A stretch of DNA of 64,000 nt from a virus. Taxonomy: Duplodnaviria; Heunggongvirae; Uroviricota; Caudoviricetes. Both the position numbers and the translations under genes were made by a program. Positions 1-9,950 of the stretch are shown one piece after another (within the stretch, counting starts at the first letter, position 1; every line of letters begins with the position of its first letter). The notes beneath the pieces are model-generated. The model had not been told where the DNA came from, did no database searches, and was given only the letters and a program-made list of their open reading frames with translations. The stretch lies in the IMG/VR virus record IMGVR_UViG_3300029518_000200. One strand, given 5' to 3'.

Positions 1-408
1 ATGAAAAACAAATATCAGAAGTTACATAGAATTGTAATTGGAAAAAGTGGCAGCGGAAAATCTTTTAGCATTTTATCAGGTGTGAAAGAAGATAATAAAA
101 TAAACGTTATTTGTTATCCAGAAGTAATAGGTGCTCATTTAGATGTTTACGAAAAGGCATTTCCAAAGATATTTTTGAAATATAGACAAGAAGCTGTAAG
201 TACAGTAAGTACAATGCCGCCGCACATAACAAATATTAATGAAAATACATTATTAAAATGTGATCATCATTATAGCCCAAATATATTTAATCTCATTGAA
301 TGGGCCAAGCAGGATAGTGAAGATTTAAGCAGGTATCGCTTTATTTTTCTTGATAGTCTATGGAATCAGTTAAATCAGGCTGATAAAATTAAGTATTTAG
401 AAAGGTGA
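1..408 (+). CDS. P-loop NTPase (Walker A GKSGSGKS). The N-terminal block HRIVIGKSGSGKS resembles VirD4/TraG-type ATPases. It may be 5'-partial.
   Basis: ORF starts at the window edge; Walker A motif read in the translation. Confidence 0.45.
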   Translation: MKNKYQKLHRIVIGKSGSGKSFSILSGVKEDNKINVICYPEVIGAHLDVYEKAFPKIFLKYRQEAVSTVSTMPPHITNINENTLLKCDHHYSPNIFNLIEWAKQDSEDLSRYRFIFLDSLWNQLNQADKIKYLER

Positions 409-412
409 GAGA

Positions 413-667
413 ATGAACCCAAAAAACGAAATAAAGGTAAAAGATGTTTTGAAGCTAATACCCAACAGAAGTATCGCCATGATTCTTGTGGAAGATAAAA
501 CATATGATTTTAATGTTGGATTTACTGATAATAGAGCTATAAAAAGGTGTAAGAAAATTTTTGGGCATTTTAAAACGGAAAAAGAAGAGCAAGAGTACGT
601 TTCAAATAAATTAGTAAGTTATCTTAGTTCGGATAAAAGTGGGGTAATAACTATACACACTAGGTAA
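413..667 (+). CDS. hypothetical protein
   Basis: ORF packed in a co-directional operon. Confidence 0.4.
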   Translation: MNPKNEIKVKDVLKLIPNRSIAMILVEDKTYDFNVGFTDNRAIKRCKKIFGHFKTEKEEQEYVSNKLVSYLSSDKSGVITIHTR

Positions 668-701
668 ACCAATAAACTGAAATTTAAGCGAGGCAAAGAA
701 T

Positions 702-1097
702 ATGTTTGATTTGACAAAAGAACAAGTATTACAAACATTAGCAAACTATGAAAAAATAATGGATAGAGTAGCAGAAGTGGTTGATGAAATCGGCTTTACA
801 ACAACTGAATTCAATGCATTTGAATCAGATAAGACTGAATTTGACAAAGATACCGTTTATGTAACGGCATATGATAGTAACTATGATTCATATGATGCAA
901 CAAGCGGTTCATTTCCATTAGATTTTCTGTTTGAAAGTAAAGAATGCCATAAAGATTGGTATAAAAACAAAAGAGAAAAAGCCAAACAGGAAAGACTGCA
1001 AGAAGAAGAACAAAGGCAAAAAGAACAGGAATTAGCCGAATTGCAGAGGTTAAAAGAAAAGTATGATATGCCAGACGGCAAACATAGAAAGAAATAA
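702..1097 (+). CDS. hypothetical acidic/coiled-coil protein
   Basis: ORF with SD gcgaggca upstream; KE-rich C-terminus. Confidence 0.45.
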   Translation: MFDLTKEQVLQTLANYEKIMDRVAEVVDEIGFTTTEFNAFESDKTEFDKDTVYVTAYDSNYDSYDATSGSFPLDFLFESKECHKDWYKNKREKAKQERLQEEEQRQKEQELAELQRLKEKYDMPDGKHRKK

Positions 1098-1102
1098 TCA
1101 TA

Positions 1103-1516
1103 ATGACAGAATTGGAATCATTCGCATGTAGCGGAACTGATAAAGAAGCATTTATCAAAGCACTTGACTTCATCACAGGTATAAACGAATATGATATCAA
1201 TGGATTCTTCATTGATACAACAGGATATCTCGTATTCTGTAAATATATTAGCGAAAATAAACAAAACGAAATGGCGTACCCGTTCAAACAAACAAGTATT
1301 TCGTTAGCTGAACATGCATTTTCATACCTCGAATCATTATCTGATGACGACTTAAGAAAAATGGGAGCTGAACCATCTGGATACGAAGAATCCTACAATA
1401 TCGGATTTGAATTGTTTACACTGGACTGGTACAGCGACGAACATAAGATAAACAGATATACTTGGGGCAAAACAGTACTTGCTGTAAAACCGAAACTGAT
1501 TGAATACGGAAAATAA
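1103..1516 (+). CDS. hypothetical protein
   Basis: ORF, tight spacing to the previous gene. Confidence 0.45.
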   Translation: MTELESFACSGTDKEAFIKALDFITGINEYDINGFFIDTTGYLVFCKYISENKQNEMAYPFKQTSISLAEHAFSYLESLSDDDLRKMGAEPSGYEESYNIGFELFTLDWYSDEHKINRYTWGKTVLAVKPKLIEYGK

Positions 1517-1561
1517 ATATTATAAGAATCACATTCACCTAAATAGAAGGAGAGAATAAAG

Positions 1562-1813
1562 ATGAATCATTTAACGCTTGGTATTTACAGCAACGGACAA
1601 TATAAGTTCAACGTTGTTCGAGACGAAGATTTAGAAAGCCACATAGAGTACAACAAAACATGGCGATGGGGCAGGCTTCTCTATGTAGACGGAAAAAGAG
1701 TATGGAATGGCTGCGTAAAGACTGAATGTTTAAAAAAATATGATGATATTGCAAAAAACTTTTATGAAAACAACAATATCAACATGAACAAGGCAACAAT
1801 CCCTTACAGATAA
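1562..1813 (+). CDS. hypothetical protein
   Basis: ORF with SD gaaggagag. Confidence 0.4.
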   Translation: MNHLTLGIYSNGQYKFNVVRDEDLESHIEYNKTWRWGRLLYVDGKRVWNGCVKTECLKKYDDIAKNFYENNNINMNKATIPYR

Positions 1814-1860
1814 TAATCTAAACTGAAATTTGATAAAATATTTTATTAGAGGTAAATGCA

Positions 1861-2214
1861 ATGAAATACTATAAGGTTAGAATTTGGAATAGCTTTGGAA
1901 AATCATGGGAAATCATTACTTATCTTGCATTTTCAGATGAATATTTAGCAGAGCTAAAAAAAGAAATGGATGACGAAACAGATAATAATGCAGTAATAGA
2001 TAACTATATAGATGAGCTAGGCAGTTTCAATGTTGAAGAGCAATGTATTGCGGAAAAAGCACTGGATAAAAATCGTAGTAACAATAATTATATGCCATAT
2101 AATTTGGAAACAAAACATACATATGATGAAATTACAAAAAACGAATGGATTGCTCATGGCGGATATATAGCTGATGATGAATTGAAAGAACTGCAAATTA
2201 TTTGGACAAACTAA
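1861..2214 (+). CDS. hypothetical protein
   Basis: ORF with SD. Confidence 0.4.
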   Translation: MKYYKVRIWNSFGKSWEIITYLAFSDEYLAELKKEMDDETDNNAVIDNYIDELGSFNVEEQCIAEKALDKNRSNNNYMPYNLETKHTYDEITKNEWIAHGGYIADDELKELQIIWTN

Positions 2215-2232
2215 AATTTAGGAGAATAATGT

Positions 2233-2433
2233 ATGAGAGAAATCACAAAAGCAGATAAAGAAGGATACGCTGGCTTTGCTACTAAATCTACAAATGATTG
2301 TTCTTTCATTCAGAGAAAATACACAGACAATGATATTTTCGGACACGATAGTTATGATGTTTATTGCACCAAAACTGGAGAATTAAGAAAAATATGTGGC
2401 ATTGTATGTGAGAGATGCAGTATGAGAAGTTAA
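2233..2433 (+). CDS. small Cys-rich protein (possible zinc ribbon)
   Basis: ORF with SD aggagaa; CxxC motifs near the C-terminus. Confidence 0.35.
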   Translation: MREITKADKEGYAGFATKSTNDCSFIQRKYTDNDIFGHDSYDVYCTKTGELRKICGIVCERCSMRS

Positions 2434-2451
2434 AGTAAAGGGCTAAAATTT

Positions 2452-2763
2452 ATGATTGGTAAAAAAATATTTACATACGCTGCATATTCAGACGGAAAAG
2501 ATTACGAAAATCTGAAAGCATTTCTCAAAGAATGTTATCAGAAGCGGAATAGGAGGGCGAATATGTTCATAAGAACAATGGATGGAGAGTTGATTAACTC
2601 AGACAGTATTATTCAGATACAGGGAGCTTTTGGGTTATGGTTGAAGGTCAAAATATCAAATGGTACAAGCCATTACATTAATGAGAAGGATGCATCAAAA
2701 TTCATACCGGAGAAAGAACTCAAACAATTTGAGTCAGATATTGAATGGCTTAGACTACAATAG
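2452..2763 (+). CDS. hypothetical protein
   Basis: ORF. Confidence 0.4.
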   Translation: MIGKKIFTYAAYSDGKDYENLKAFLKECYQKRNRRANMFIRTMDGELINSDSIIQIQGAFGLWLKVKISNGTSHYINEKDASKFIPEKELKQFESDIEWLRLQ

Positions 2764-2798
2764 TTGACAGGCAGTAATTTAGATTGGAGTGATAAACA

Positions 2799-3023
2799 AT
2801 GAGTGAAGAATTAAAACCATGTCCGTTTTGTGGAAGGGAACCAAAAATTAAAGCAGTTATGAAATCTTATGGTTTGACAATTTGGTGCGCATGTAAATGT
2901 GGCGCACAAACAGGGGGATTTTGCCCAAACACGAGCAATGAGGATAATACTATGAAAAAAATATCGAGAGAAGTACGGAAAAAGCTATTAAAGCATGGAA
3001 TAGGAGGGCGAGCAATTAGATGA
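2799..3023 (+). CDS. Lar-family restriction-alleviation-like zinc-finger protein
   Basis: N-terminal ELKPCPFCG motif typical of the Lar family; overlaps the start of the following methyltransferase gene. Confidence 0.5.
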   Translation: MSEELKPCPFCGREPKIKAVMKSYGLTIWCACKCGAQTGGFCPNTSNEDNTMKKISREVRKKLLKHGIGGRAIR

Positions 3024-3490
3024 AGCCAATTTTGGATGTATGCTGTGGAAGTAAAATGTTTTACTTTGATAAAAGCAATCCCAATGTAGTTTTTATGGAC
3101 TGCAGAGAATTAGAAGATACTCTTTGCGATGGACGTAAACTGAAAATAAAGCCAGATGTTATAGGGGATTTTCGTAATATTCCTTTTCCTGACAGCACAT
3201 TTCATTTAGTTGTGTTTGATCCACCTCACTTAATTAAAGTTGGCGATAATTCGTGGCTGGCTAAGAAATATGGAAAATTAACAGACACTTGGCCAAGTGA
3301 TATAAAGAGAGGTTTTAGCGAATGTATGAGAGTACTTAAACCGTATGGAACACTCATTTTTAAATGGAATGAACAACAGATAAGGTTGTCAGAAATACTA
3401 AAAAATATAGATTACAAGCCTGTATTTGGAAATAAAAGAGCTAATACGCATTGGCTTGTGTTTATGAAAGGTGGTGGAGTGAATGCATAA
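3020..3490 (+). CDS. small N6-adenine/N4-cytosine-type DNA methyltransferase
   Basis: LDVCCGS (SAM-binding motif I) and VVFDPPHL (motif IV, DPPH). Confidence 0.65.
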   Translation: MKPILDVCCGSKMFYFDKSNPNVVFMDCRELEDTLCDGRKLKIKPDVIGDFRNIPFPDSTFHLVVFDPPHLIKVGDNSWLAKKYGKLTDTWPSDIKRGFSECMRVLKPYGTLIFKWNEQQIRLSEILKNIDYKPVFGNKRANTHWLVFMKGGGVNA

Positions 3491-3722
3491 AATTGTAGAA
3501 AAGAAGATATTGCCGAAGTACTTTGATGCGGTCATTCATGATAAGAAAAAGTTTGAAATCTGCAAGGATGAGGATGATTTGCGAATAGGTGATGCAGTAA
3601 TCCTTAAGGAGTGGAACGGTGAAAAGTATACCGGACGTGAGGTCGGCAGAAATATAGTGTATATTTTGCGCGATGCTCCGGAATATGGATTAATGCCAGG
3701 TTATGTAATATTTGGATGGTAA
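3483..3722 (+). CDS. DUF3850 / ASCH-like (PUA-fold) protein
   Basis: PKYFDAV..KKKFEICKDE..IGD..LKEW..YTGREV pattern matches DUF3850. Confidence 0.5.
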   Translation: MHKIVEKKILPKYFDAVIHDKKKFEICKDEDDLRIGDAVILKEWNGEKYTGREVGRNIVYILRDAPEYGLMPGYVIFGW

Positions 3723-3904
3723 GGAGTCGTAGACATTCATGAAACATAGATTTAGATTCGTTCGTGATGATGTATGCGGAACAGTCGGAGTCCGCATTGA
3801 TAAGATTTGGAAGACGCAGAACGAAGTAAAAATGCAATTAATACTGAGTATCAAAAAGTGATTCAAACTTACAAAGATGCAATATCAGATATAGGAGGAA
3901 AATA

Positions 3905-4468
3905 ATGATGTTAATTGATTCACGATTTGAACAGGAATATATCGAAGCTAAAAAATATTGCAAGATGAGCAAATGGAATTTCATAGGTGTGTCTCTTTTC
4001 TTTTTGCCACTTTCAATAGCAATGATGTATGTACTAGGGCATATTTTTCTGGTGGTAATTGGAAAAGAGCCTATGAATATATCTTTGTTTCAATTTATTG
4101 TGCTAAGTGTAATAATTGCAAGTTTACTCATAGCCATGATTACTCTTGAGATATATTTCTTTTTGACATACAAAAGGTTAAAAAATCATGTAAAAGATTT
4201 TACGGAAAACCGATTAATAAAGAAAGATTATACTATTAAATCAGTAGATATAATCACAGATGAAGAGATTAAGACTATAGATCATGTACATTCAGCAGAA
4301 GACACAAAAATTACAAGAATTGGAAAATTCTATGCTGTAGATAAAGACGGCGATGAATGGACCCAATCAGTGGACATGCAAGAAGTATCATATAAAGTTG
4401 GCGATGTGATTACAAGAATATTCTACAGTGATGGCGAGGAAGCAGATTTTATATACGTAAATAATTAA
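3905..4468 (+). CDS. membrane protein (2-3 TM) with soluble C-terminal domain
   Basis: hydrophobic helices in the translation. Confidence 0.45.
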   Translation: MMLIDSRFEQEYIEAKKYCKMSKWNFIGVSLFFLPLSIAMMYVLGHIFLVVIGKEPMNISLFQFIVLSVIIASLLIAMITLEIYFFLTYKRLKNHVKDFTENRLIKKDYTIKSVDIITDEEIKTIDHVHSAEDTKITRIGKFYAVDKDGDEWTQSVDMQEVSYKVGDVITRIFYSDGEEADFIYVNN

Positions 4469-4632
4469 AACAACAAAACAGGTGTTTTCAACTATTTAAT
4501 AGCTGAGAACACTGTCATGTGATAGGAGAAAATATATGAAGAAAAAATTAGCAGCTATAGCACTTGTAACAAGACTTACCATAGCAGTTTTTACCGGCTG
4601 CGAGTATATTGACAGCAAAAGGAGAATAAGCA

Positions 4633-4926
4633 ATGAGGTTAATTGATGCAACAATTCAGTCAAAGGCTTTGACTGACTATATTTTAGAAAGAAAGTCCAC
4701 GTTTATACGTGTGTTGGAAGAGGGAGATAATGATTTTCTTCTTGCGCTGTTAACGGATTATTTTAAGGAACAGCCAACTGCTTATGATGTAGATAAGGTT
4801 GTTAGTGAAATGGAAAAAGATAAATTTATTGACTGTGAGACTATATTGTCAGATATACATCAGGGATATAATGCCGGGTTAAACAGGGCAATCGAGATTG
4901 GGAAAGGTGGTGGAGTGAATGGCTAA
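4633..4926 (+). CDS. hypothetical protein
   Basis: ORF; ends KGGGVNG with the same 20-nt junction as gene 3020-3490. Confidence 0.4.
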   Translation: MRLIDATIQSKALTDYILERKSTFIRVLEEGDNDFLLALLTDYFKEQPTAYDVDKVVSEMEKDKFIDCETILSDIHQGYNAGLNRAIEIGKGGGVNG

Positions 4927-5113
4927 GTGGAATGCAAGCGTGGGTTTGCAACTTTCGATTGATTATGATGACATCGAAGCTGATACACAGGAAGAAGCAG
5001 AACAGATTGCAAAAGACAGAGCATTGGAAGATATCGACTGGAACAACTGTGAATGTGATACTGACAATCCGATTGTGTATTGTTGCTACAAGGAGGGAAC
5101 AGAAGATGAGTAG
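4919..5113 (+). CDS. small acidic protein
   Basis: ATG embedded in the repeated junction aaaggtggtggagtgaATG. Confidence 0.3.
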   Translation: MAKWNASVGLQLSIDYDDIEADTQEEAEQIAKDRALEDIDWNNCECDTDNPIVYCCYKEGTEDE

Positions 5114-5714
5114 AGTGTTACCAATTTTATTCAACATGAAAATGGTTCGGGCAATTCTGGATGGGAGAAAGAGTTGTACAAGAAGAATAATTAAACCACA
5201 ACCGCAAGGATATTTTGAAGTAAGTGAAGAACCGTTGTATATATATGATACAGACGGAAAACAAGGCAAAATTACACCACCATATCAGCCGGGAGATATC
5301 CTGTATGTCCGAGAAACATGGAAACAGGCACCAAATGGATATTATTACTACGAGGATTGGCAGAAAGATGATATTGCAGATGTTACAAAATGGAAACCAT
5401 CAATCCATATGCCGAAAGAGGCTGCTCGTATCTGGCTTAAGGTTACGGATGTTAGGGTGGAACGATTGCAGGAGATTACGAGACTCAGTGTACAGAAAGA
5501 AGGAATTGAAGTAGATCCGAAGGAATGCGCTGGTAAATTTGATTTCATCACGGAATTGTTTCTCTTATTTCAGGAATTGTGGGATTCTACTATCAAGAAA
5601 TCTGACCTTGATAGTTATGGCTGGGATGCGAATCCTTACGTATGGGTGATCGAATTTGAGCGATGCGAAAAGCCGAAAGAAGAAAAGGGAAATGATTCGG
5701 GCGATTCTAAATGA
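5106..5714 (+). CDS. ASCH-domain protein
   Basis: internal start after SD aggaggg; AILDGRKSCTRR is a GxKxx(E/T)xR ASCH-like motif. Confidence 0.45.
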   Translation: MSRVLPILFNMKMVRAILDGRKSCTRRIIKPQPQGYFEVSEEPLYIYDTDGKQGKITPPYQPGDILYVRETWKQAPNGYYYYEDWQKDDIADVTKWKPSIHMPKEAARIWLKVTDVRVERLQEITRLSVQKEGIEVDPKECAGKFDFITELFLLFQELWDSTIKKSDLDSYGWDANPYVWVIEFERCEKPKEEKGNDSGDSK

Positions 5715-6178
5715 AAGGAAAGTTGTACATGGGTGATATATTAATTGGATTATTTCTTATATTTTTGGGGACGGCAGGATTCACATTTTTGTTAGGCTCT
5801 CGATGCAAAAAGGCATGTAGAATTTTTATTTACATTATTTTGTGGAGTATGTGCATTTCGGGAGGTGTCTTAATATATAAAGTCTATCAGGACTGCAAAG
5901 CTGAAGTTAAAAAACAGGAAGCTCATTGTGAATATGTTAAGAATAAAATAGCAGCAGAATATCCTGACGCACTGGATTATTCCACAGCGAAACCATTTAT
6001 TATCTGGCTCTGCGATTCTGATGATTATGATGGCACGTTTGAGTCTGATGGTGTCAAATATAAATTCAAAGAAACAGAAGATTTGCATGGAAATAAGGTA
6101 TTAAGTATCATCAGTACCGGGAAGAAAAATCCTGATACAAAAGTAATCAAAATGGATGATAATTTGGAGGCAGACTAA
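5711..6178 (+). CDS. membrane protein
   Basis: two N-terminal TM helices. Confidence 0.4.
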   Translation: MKGKLYMGDILIGLFLIFLGTAGFTFLLGSRCKKACRIFIYIILWSMCISGGVLIYKVYQDCKAEVKKQEAHCEYVKNKIAAEYPDALDYSTAKPFIIWLCDSDDYDGTFESDGVKYKFKETEDLHGNKVLSIISTGKKNPDTKVIKMDDNLEAD

Positions 6179-6264
6179 TGAAAGAGGGGAAAATCATTTT
6201 CAAACAATGAAGAAAGGTAGGTATATTGATTTGGTTGGTAACTGTAATAGGTTAAGAAAGGAAT

Positions 6265-7077
6265 TTGTATATGTTTTCACTAGAATATCTTAGACGAACG
6301 AGCCTTTTAAATGGAAAAGAAAAATTAATGGGAAATATAAGCTCTACAATAAGCAATATTGACAAAATGTCATTTATTGTAGTAGACAGAGATGGCAAGG
6401 AATACAAACATTTCAATAAAAAGGATTATGATGTTAAAATACTTGATCTTGTGCATCCTCAAAAATCAAACCGATATAATCCATTTGCTCATATACATAA
6501 TGATGCAGACGTTTTGTCTATGATTAATTCACTTTTTACTTTTAATATAAATGAAATAAAGCCGAATTCAGTTTTTGATATGGCAGAAAGAAAATTATTA
6601 ACTGCATTTTGTTTTTATGTATTGGACAAATATAAAGATCAGCCAGATAAGCAAAATTTTACATATATAAATAAAATACTTGCAACATTACATACAACAG
6701 ATGATTTTGATGGATTTTTTAACGATTTTTATAAGCTAAATGAAGAGAAACCGGCATATTATTATTATAAAGAAGCAAGACGATGTAGTTCAGATTCATT
6801 TAAAGTAGTTATCATATCCATGGGTTTAAGATTAAGTGTATTTAATATCCCTCAAATAGCAGATTTAACGGCTGCAGATGATTTTGATATCGAAAATCTT
6901 GGTAATAAAAAAACTGCAGTATTTATAAATATTCCAACATCCGATACCTTTCTTAATTTTATTGCAAATATGCTTATTATGCAGGCTTTTTCATTGCAAC
7001 AATTAGTAGCACACAATAAGAAAAAATATAATGTGGCGTTCGTTCTTGACGAATATTTTAATGTCAATAATTCATGA
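6265..7077 (+). CDS. VirD4/TraG-like type IV coupling-protein fragment. It has no Walker A motif and ends right after the Walker B motif; likely a pseudogene or remnant.
   Basis: D..GKEY, NRYNPF, dpfW-like helix and FVLDEY blocks align to the T4CP core; paralogous to ORF 35050-36213. Confidence 0.45.
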   Translation: MYMFSLEYLRRTSLLNGKEKLMGNISSTISNIDKMSFIVVDRDGKEYKHFNKKDYDVKILDLVHPQKSNRYNPFAHIHNDADVLSMINSLFTFNINEIKPNSVFDMAERKLLTAFCFYVLDKYKDQPDKQNFTYINKILATLHTTDDFDGFFNDFYKLNEEKPAYYYYKEARRCSSDSFKVVIISMGLRLSVFNIPQIADLTAADDFDIENLGNKKTAVFINIPTSDTFLNFIANMLIMQAFSLQQLVAHNKKKYNVAFVLDEYFNVNNS

Positions 7078-7183
7078 CTGAAGTCACAGGTGTGTGAAGC
7101 AGGTTTATGCTCTGAAGGTTTTGCGTCTACAAAACCCAATTTTGTTATGTCATATAAATAATAAAATAAAGGAGGAAACCATT

Positions 7184-7693
7184 ATGACAAGTAGTGATCA
7201 CAAAAAATTCATTTTGGAAACTTATAAAAGTGACCATGACTTATTGGGATTATCAGCAGTAGATTGCGAATCAATACTAACAGATGATTGTAAAATGTTG
7301 CAGCTGTATATTGGAGATAATCCTGAGTCATATTATTTTGGCGAAATGTATGGCTGTTTTGAATACAATAATGATCTGTATTCTTTTTCATGGCATATTC
7401 ATGAGCCAAATCAAAAACTTGCTTCATTGTCAAACCGAATGACGAATTTTAGTAAATTGGTAGTTAAGACTAGAAACTTTAATTATGTTGCTGAAGAAAT
7501 GGCTGATAGCGGGTATAAGGCATTCTGGCTTTATACTCCGGACTCTTATTTGAACGGATTTGACCTGAGTCTTCGTCTATTTATGAAAAAGATAAAAGAG
7601 TATGCCATTTCAGAACAGTTATGTAAGAAGATCAGAAAACTTGATCAAAAGCATCTTGCATGGAAGCGAGAACTCAAGAGGTCTTCTCTTTAA
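7184..7693 (+). CDS. hypothetical protein
   Basis: start placed at the ATG after SD aaggaggaaacc. Confidence 0.45.
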   Translation: MTSSDHKKFILETYKSDHDLLGLSAVDCESILTDDCKMLQLYIGDNPESYYFGEMYGCFEYNNDLYSFSWHIHEPNQKLASLSNRMTNFSKLVVKTRNFNYVAEEMADSGYKAFWLYTPDSYLNGFDLSLRLFMKKIKEYAISEQLCKKIRKLDQKHLAWKRELKRSSL

Positions 7694-7886
7694 ATTATCA
7701 AATAAGTGGAAGAGGCATCTTGATAAGTAAATTGCAATAAGAGTTCTTCGGAACTCTTATTTTTTTTCAGCAAAAGTATATAAATATGAATTTTGTTTGG
7801 ACAAAATCCCAAAAAGAAATACTATATAAATATAAAAGTTATCGGCAATATTTTACCAATTCGGAATTATTAGAAAGTGAGGGATA

Positions 7887-8117
7887 TTGATGAAAATGGA
7901 TAAGGAATTTGAACAGTTTGACGCATATGTTAAGAATAAAACGTTGGAAGGGTTCATTCAAGGTATTCAATATGCCTGTGAACATATTTATTCAAGATGT
8001 AAACATGAAAGCATGCCTTATCTGTTGGATAAGGGAGATGATTCTATGTACTTATCATTATCTGAAATCAAATCTATAATAAAAGAAGTAAAGGAAGAAG
8101 ACAATACTAAAAAATGA
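7887..8117 (+). CDS. hypothetical protein
   Basis: ORF downstream of a class-B promoter; SD gtgaggga. Confidence 0.45.
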   Translation: MMKMDKEFEQFDAYVKNKTLEGFIQGIQYACEHIYSRCKHESMPYLLDKGDDSMYLSLSEIKSIIKEVKEEDNTKK

Positions 8118-8210
8118 GTAATCTCGACTTACTTATAAAAGACTTAAGATCTAAGAACGGGAATTTTCGGTTATTTGTAGCCGAGTCGTTCACTAAAAAG
8201 GAGAGATATA

Positions 8211-9650
8211 ATGACTTATAATTCGGAACGACGAATTGATAAATATACTTTCATATCACTTATGCTGGTATATTTTTATGATGCATTTTCAAGTGCGGCA
8301 CTGCTTTCAGAAAAGGGCGTGTCGGGACTGTATATGCTTCATCTAATAGTAGCATTAGTTGGAGCAGCTGTCACAATAGCTGCATTTGTAAAACAAAGTG
8401 GAGCAATAATCTGTGGATGGATAATGCTGCTTACATATCTGGCCGCTCATGCAATACTCATGTTATCAAGTATATTTTTATATTCATTTGTACTTGCATT
8501 TCCATTGTTTCTGTTATCACTGGGATATTTAAACGAAATACTTATTAAGATAAACAGTATCGGAATAGGAACTGCCGCAATAATTCACTATTTAATGTGC
8601 ATAGGCAAAACGGACAAATCCAGTGTAGCGCTTGCTGTCATAATTATTGTGTTGTGCATGATAGCTGTTAATCTGATTGGAAAACATCTTCAGCTTCTGA
8701 CAGAAGAGATTGCTGACCAGATATTAGGGGAAGCAGAAGAAAAGAAGAAACAGGCAGACAAGACACTGGCTATTGCTCAGGATATTGCTGCAAATGCTAA
8801 GGATGCTGCAGAGATGCATGAGATTACAAACGAAAAGCTTCAAATAAGCAATACTGCCATGCAGAACATTGCTGACAGTACAGAGACAACAGCTGAGTCG
8901 GTACAGACACAGGCAGGGGCATGTATTGATGTTACAGATGATCTCGAGCAGATGAAACAGGGTATTGCAGATTTTCTGTCGTTAGTTAAATCGGCAGGAG
9001 AATCAGTATCACAGGGACGTGATTACGTAGATGTGCTTAAGGCAAAAACGACAGAGGTTAATGGGTCAAACGATGAGATTGTGAATTCGCTTGAGAATAT
9101 TCTTGCCAACATAAATGATGTAAAGGATATTTTGGAAACAATTAATTCAATTTCCGCACAGACGAATTTACTCGCACTCAACGCTTCCATTGAAGCATCG
9201 CACGCAGGAGATGCAGGCAGGGGATTTGCTGTTGTCGCAGAGGAAATCAGAAAGCTTGCTGAACAGACCAAGGAGTCGCTTGTCAGCATTAATGAGCTTG
9301 TAGACAACTTTGTTGACAATGCGGATGGAACCAAAGAGTGTCTTAAAAAGTCTGTACATGCAGTAAAAGAACAGAATGATGCACTCGCAAGTACTGCTGC
9401 CCAGTTTGAGAACATTGACAATGGTATTTCGGACTTAAAGAATGTGTCCGACACAATTGAAGATAAAATTACGCACATATCTGCTTCAATTCAGCTTGTG
9501 TCTGACAATATAAGAGATTTGTCCGCAACAAGCGAAGAAGTAGCAGCGGCATCGTCAGAGGGACTTTCCACATTTGCAGATGCAATGGGAAGCTATGAAA
9601 CATTAGGAAATAAACTGACAGAGATTGATGCGCTTGCAGGAAAGCTGTAA
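8211..9650 (+). CDS. methyl-accepting chemotaxis protein-like transducer (multi-TM N-terminus plus MCP signalling domain)
   Basis: [35 protein letters not shown] is the conserved MCP hairpin tip. Confidence 0.7.
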   Translation: MTYNSERRIDKYTFISLMLVYFYDAFSSAALLSEKGVSGLYMLHLIVALVGAAVTIAAFVKQSGAIICGWIMLLTYLAAHAILMLSSIFLYSFVLAFPLFLLSLGYLNEILIKINSIGIGTAAIIHYLMCIGKTDKSSVALAVIIIVLCMIAVNLIGKHLQLLTEEIADQILGEAEEKKKQADKTLAIAQDIAANAKDAAEMHEITNEKLQISNTAMQNIADSTETTAESVQTQAGACIDVTDDLEQMKQGIADFLSLVKSAGESVSQGRDYVDVLKAKTTEVNGSNDEIVNSLENILANINDVKDILETINSISAQTNLLALNASIEASHAGDAGRGFAVVAEEIRKLAEQTKESLVSINELVDNFVDNADGTKECLKKSVHAVKEQNDALASTAAQFENIDNGISDLKNVSDTIEDKITHISASIQLVSDNIRDLSATSEEVAAASSEGLSTFADAMGSYETLGNKLTEIDALAGKL

Positions 9651-9697
9651 AGACCGGCAGAGCTGGTTTTACATATAAAAACGATAAGGAGGTACAC

Positions 9698-9862
9698 ATG
9701 GGAGCATTTATCATGCTTGTAACCATAGGACTTGCTGTCATCTGGATTCTGCTTTCAAAGCATTTTGAGCAGATAGGCAGGTTCTTTTCCGGAATGAGCC
9801 CCGGAGACAAAAATGAAGACAAAAAGGAAAGTGAGGAACGAAATGTCAAAGAAGAAAGATAA
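9698..9862 (+). CDS. small membrane protein (54 aa)
   Basis: SD aggagg 8 nt upstream; one TM helix; below the ORF-track size cutoff. Confidence 0.3.
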   Translation: MGAFIMLVTIGLAVIWILLSKHFEQIGRFFSGMSPGDKNEDKKESEERNVKEER

Positions 9863-9950
9863 GCATATTGCCTACGATGATCCGAACAGTTGGACATATA
9901 ATTATGCAGTTAAGCAGGAAAAAGACGATGACGAAAGAGAGGAAGCAATA

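Noticed and set aside
811-1287. Antisense ORFs inside longer genes (for example 811-1287, 4841-5269, 9023-9478, 15498-15791, 18079-18537, 28171-28874, 50596-51066)
   Set aside because: They overlap better-supported genes on the opposite strand, lack SD sequences, and the repetitive or low-complexity sequence inflates ORF length.
676-1832. Short repeat AAACTGAAATTT at 676 and 1821
   Set aside because: It is only 12 nt in AT-rich DNA, which is compatible with chance.
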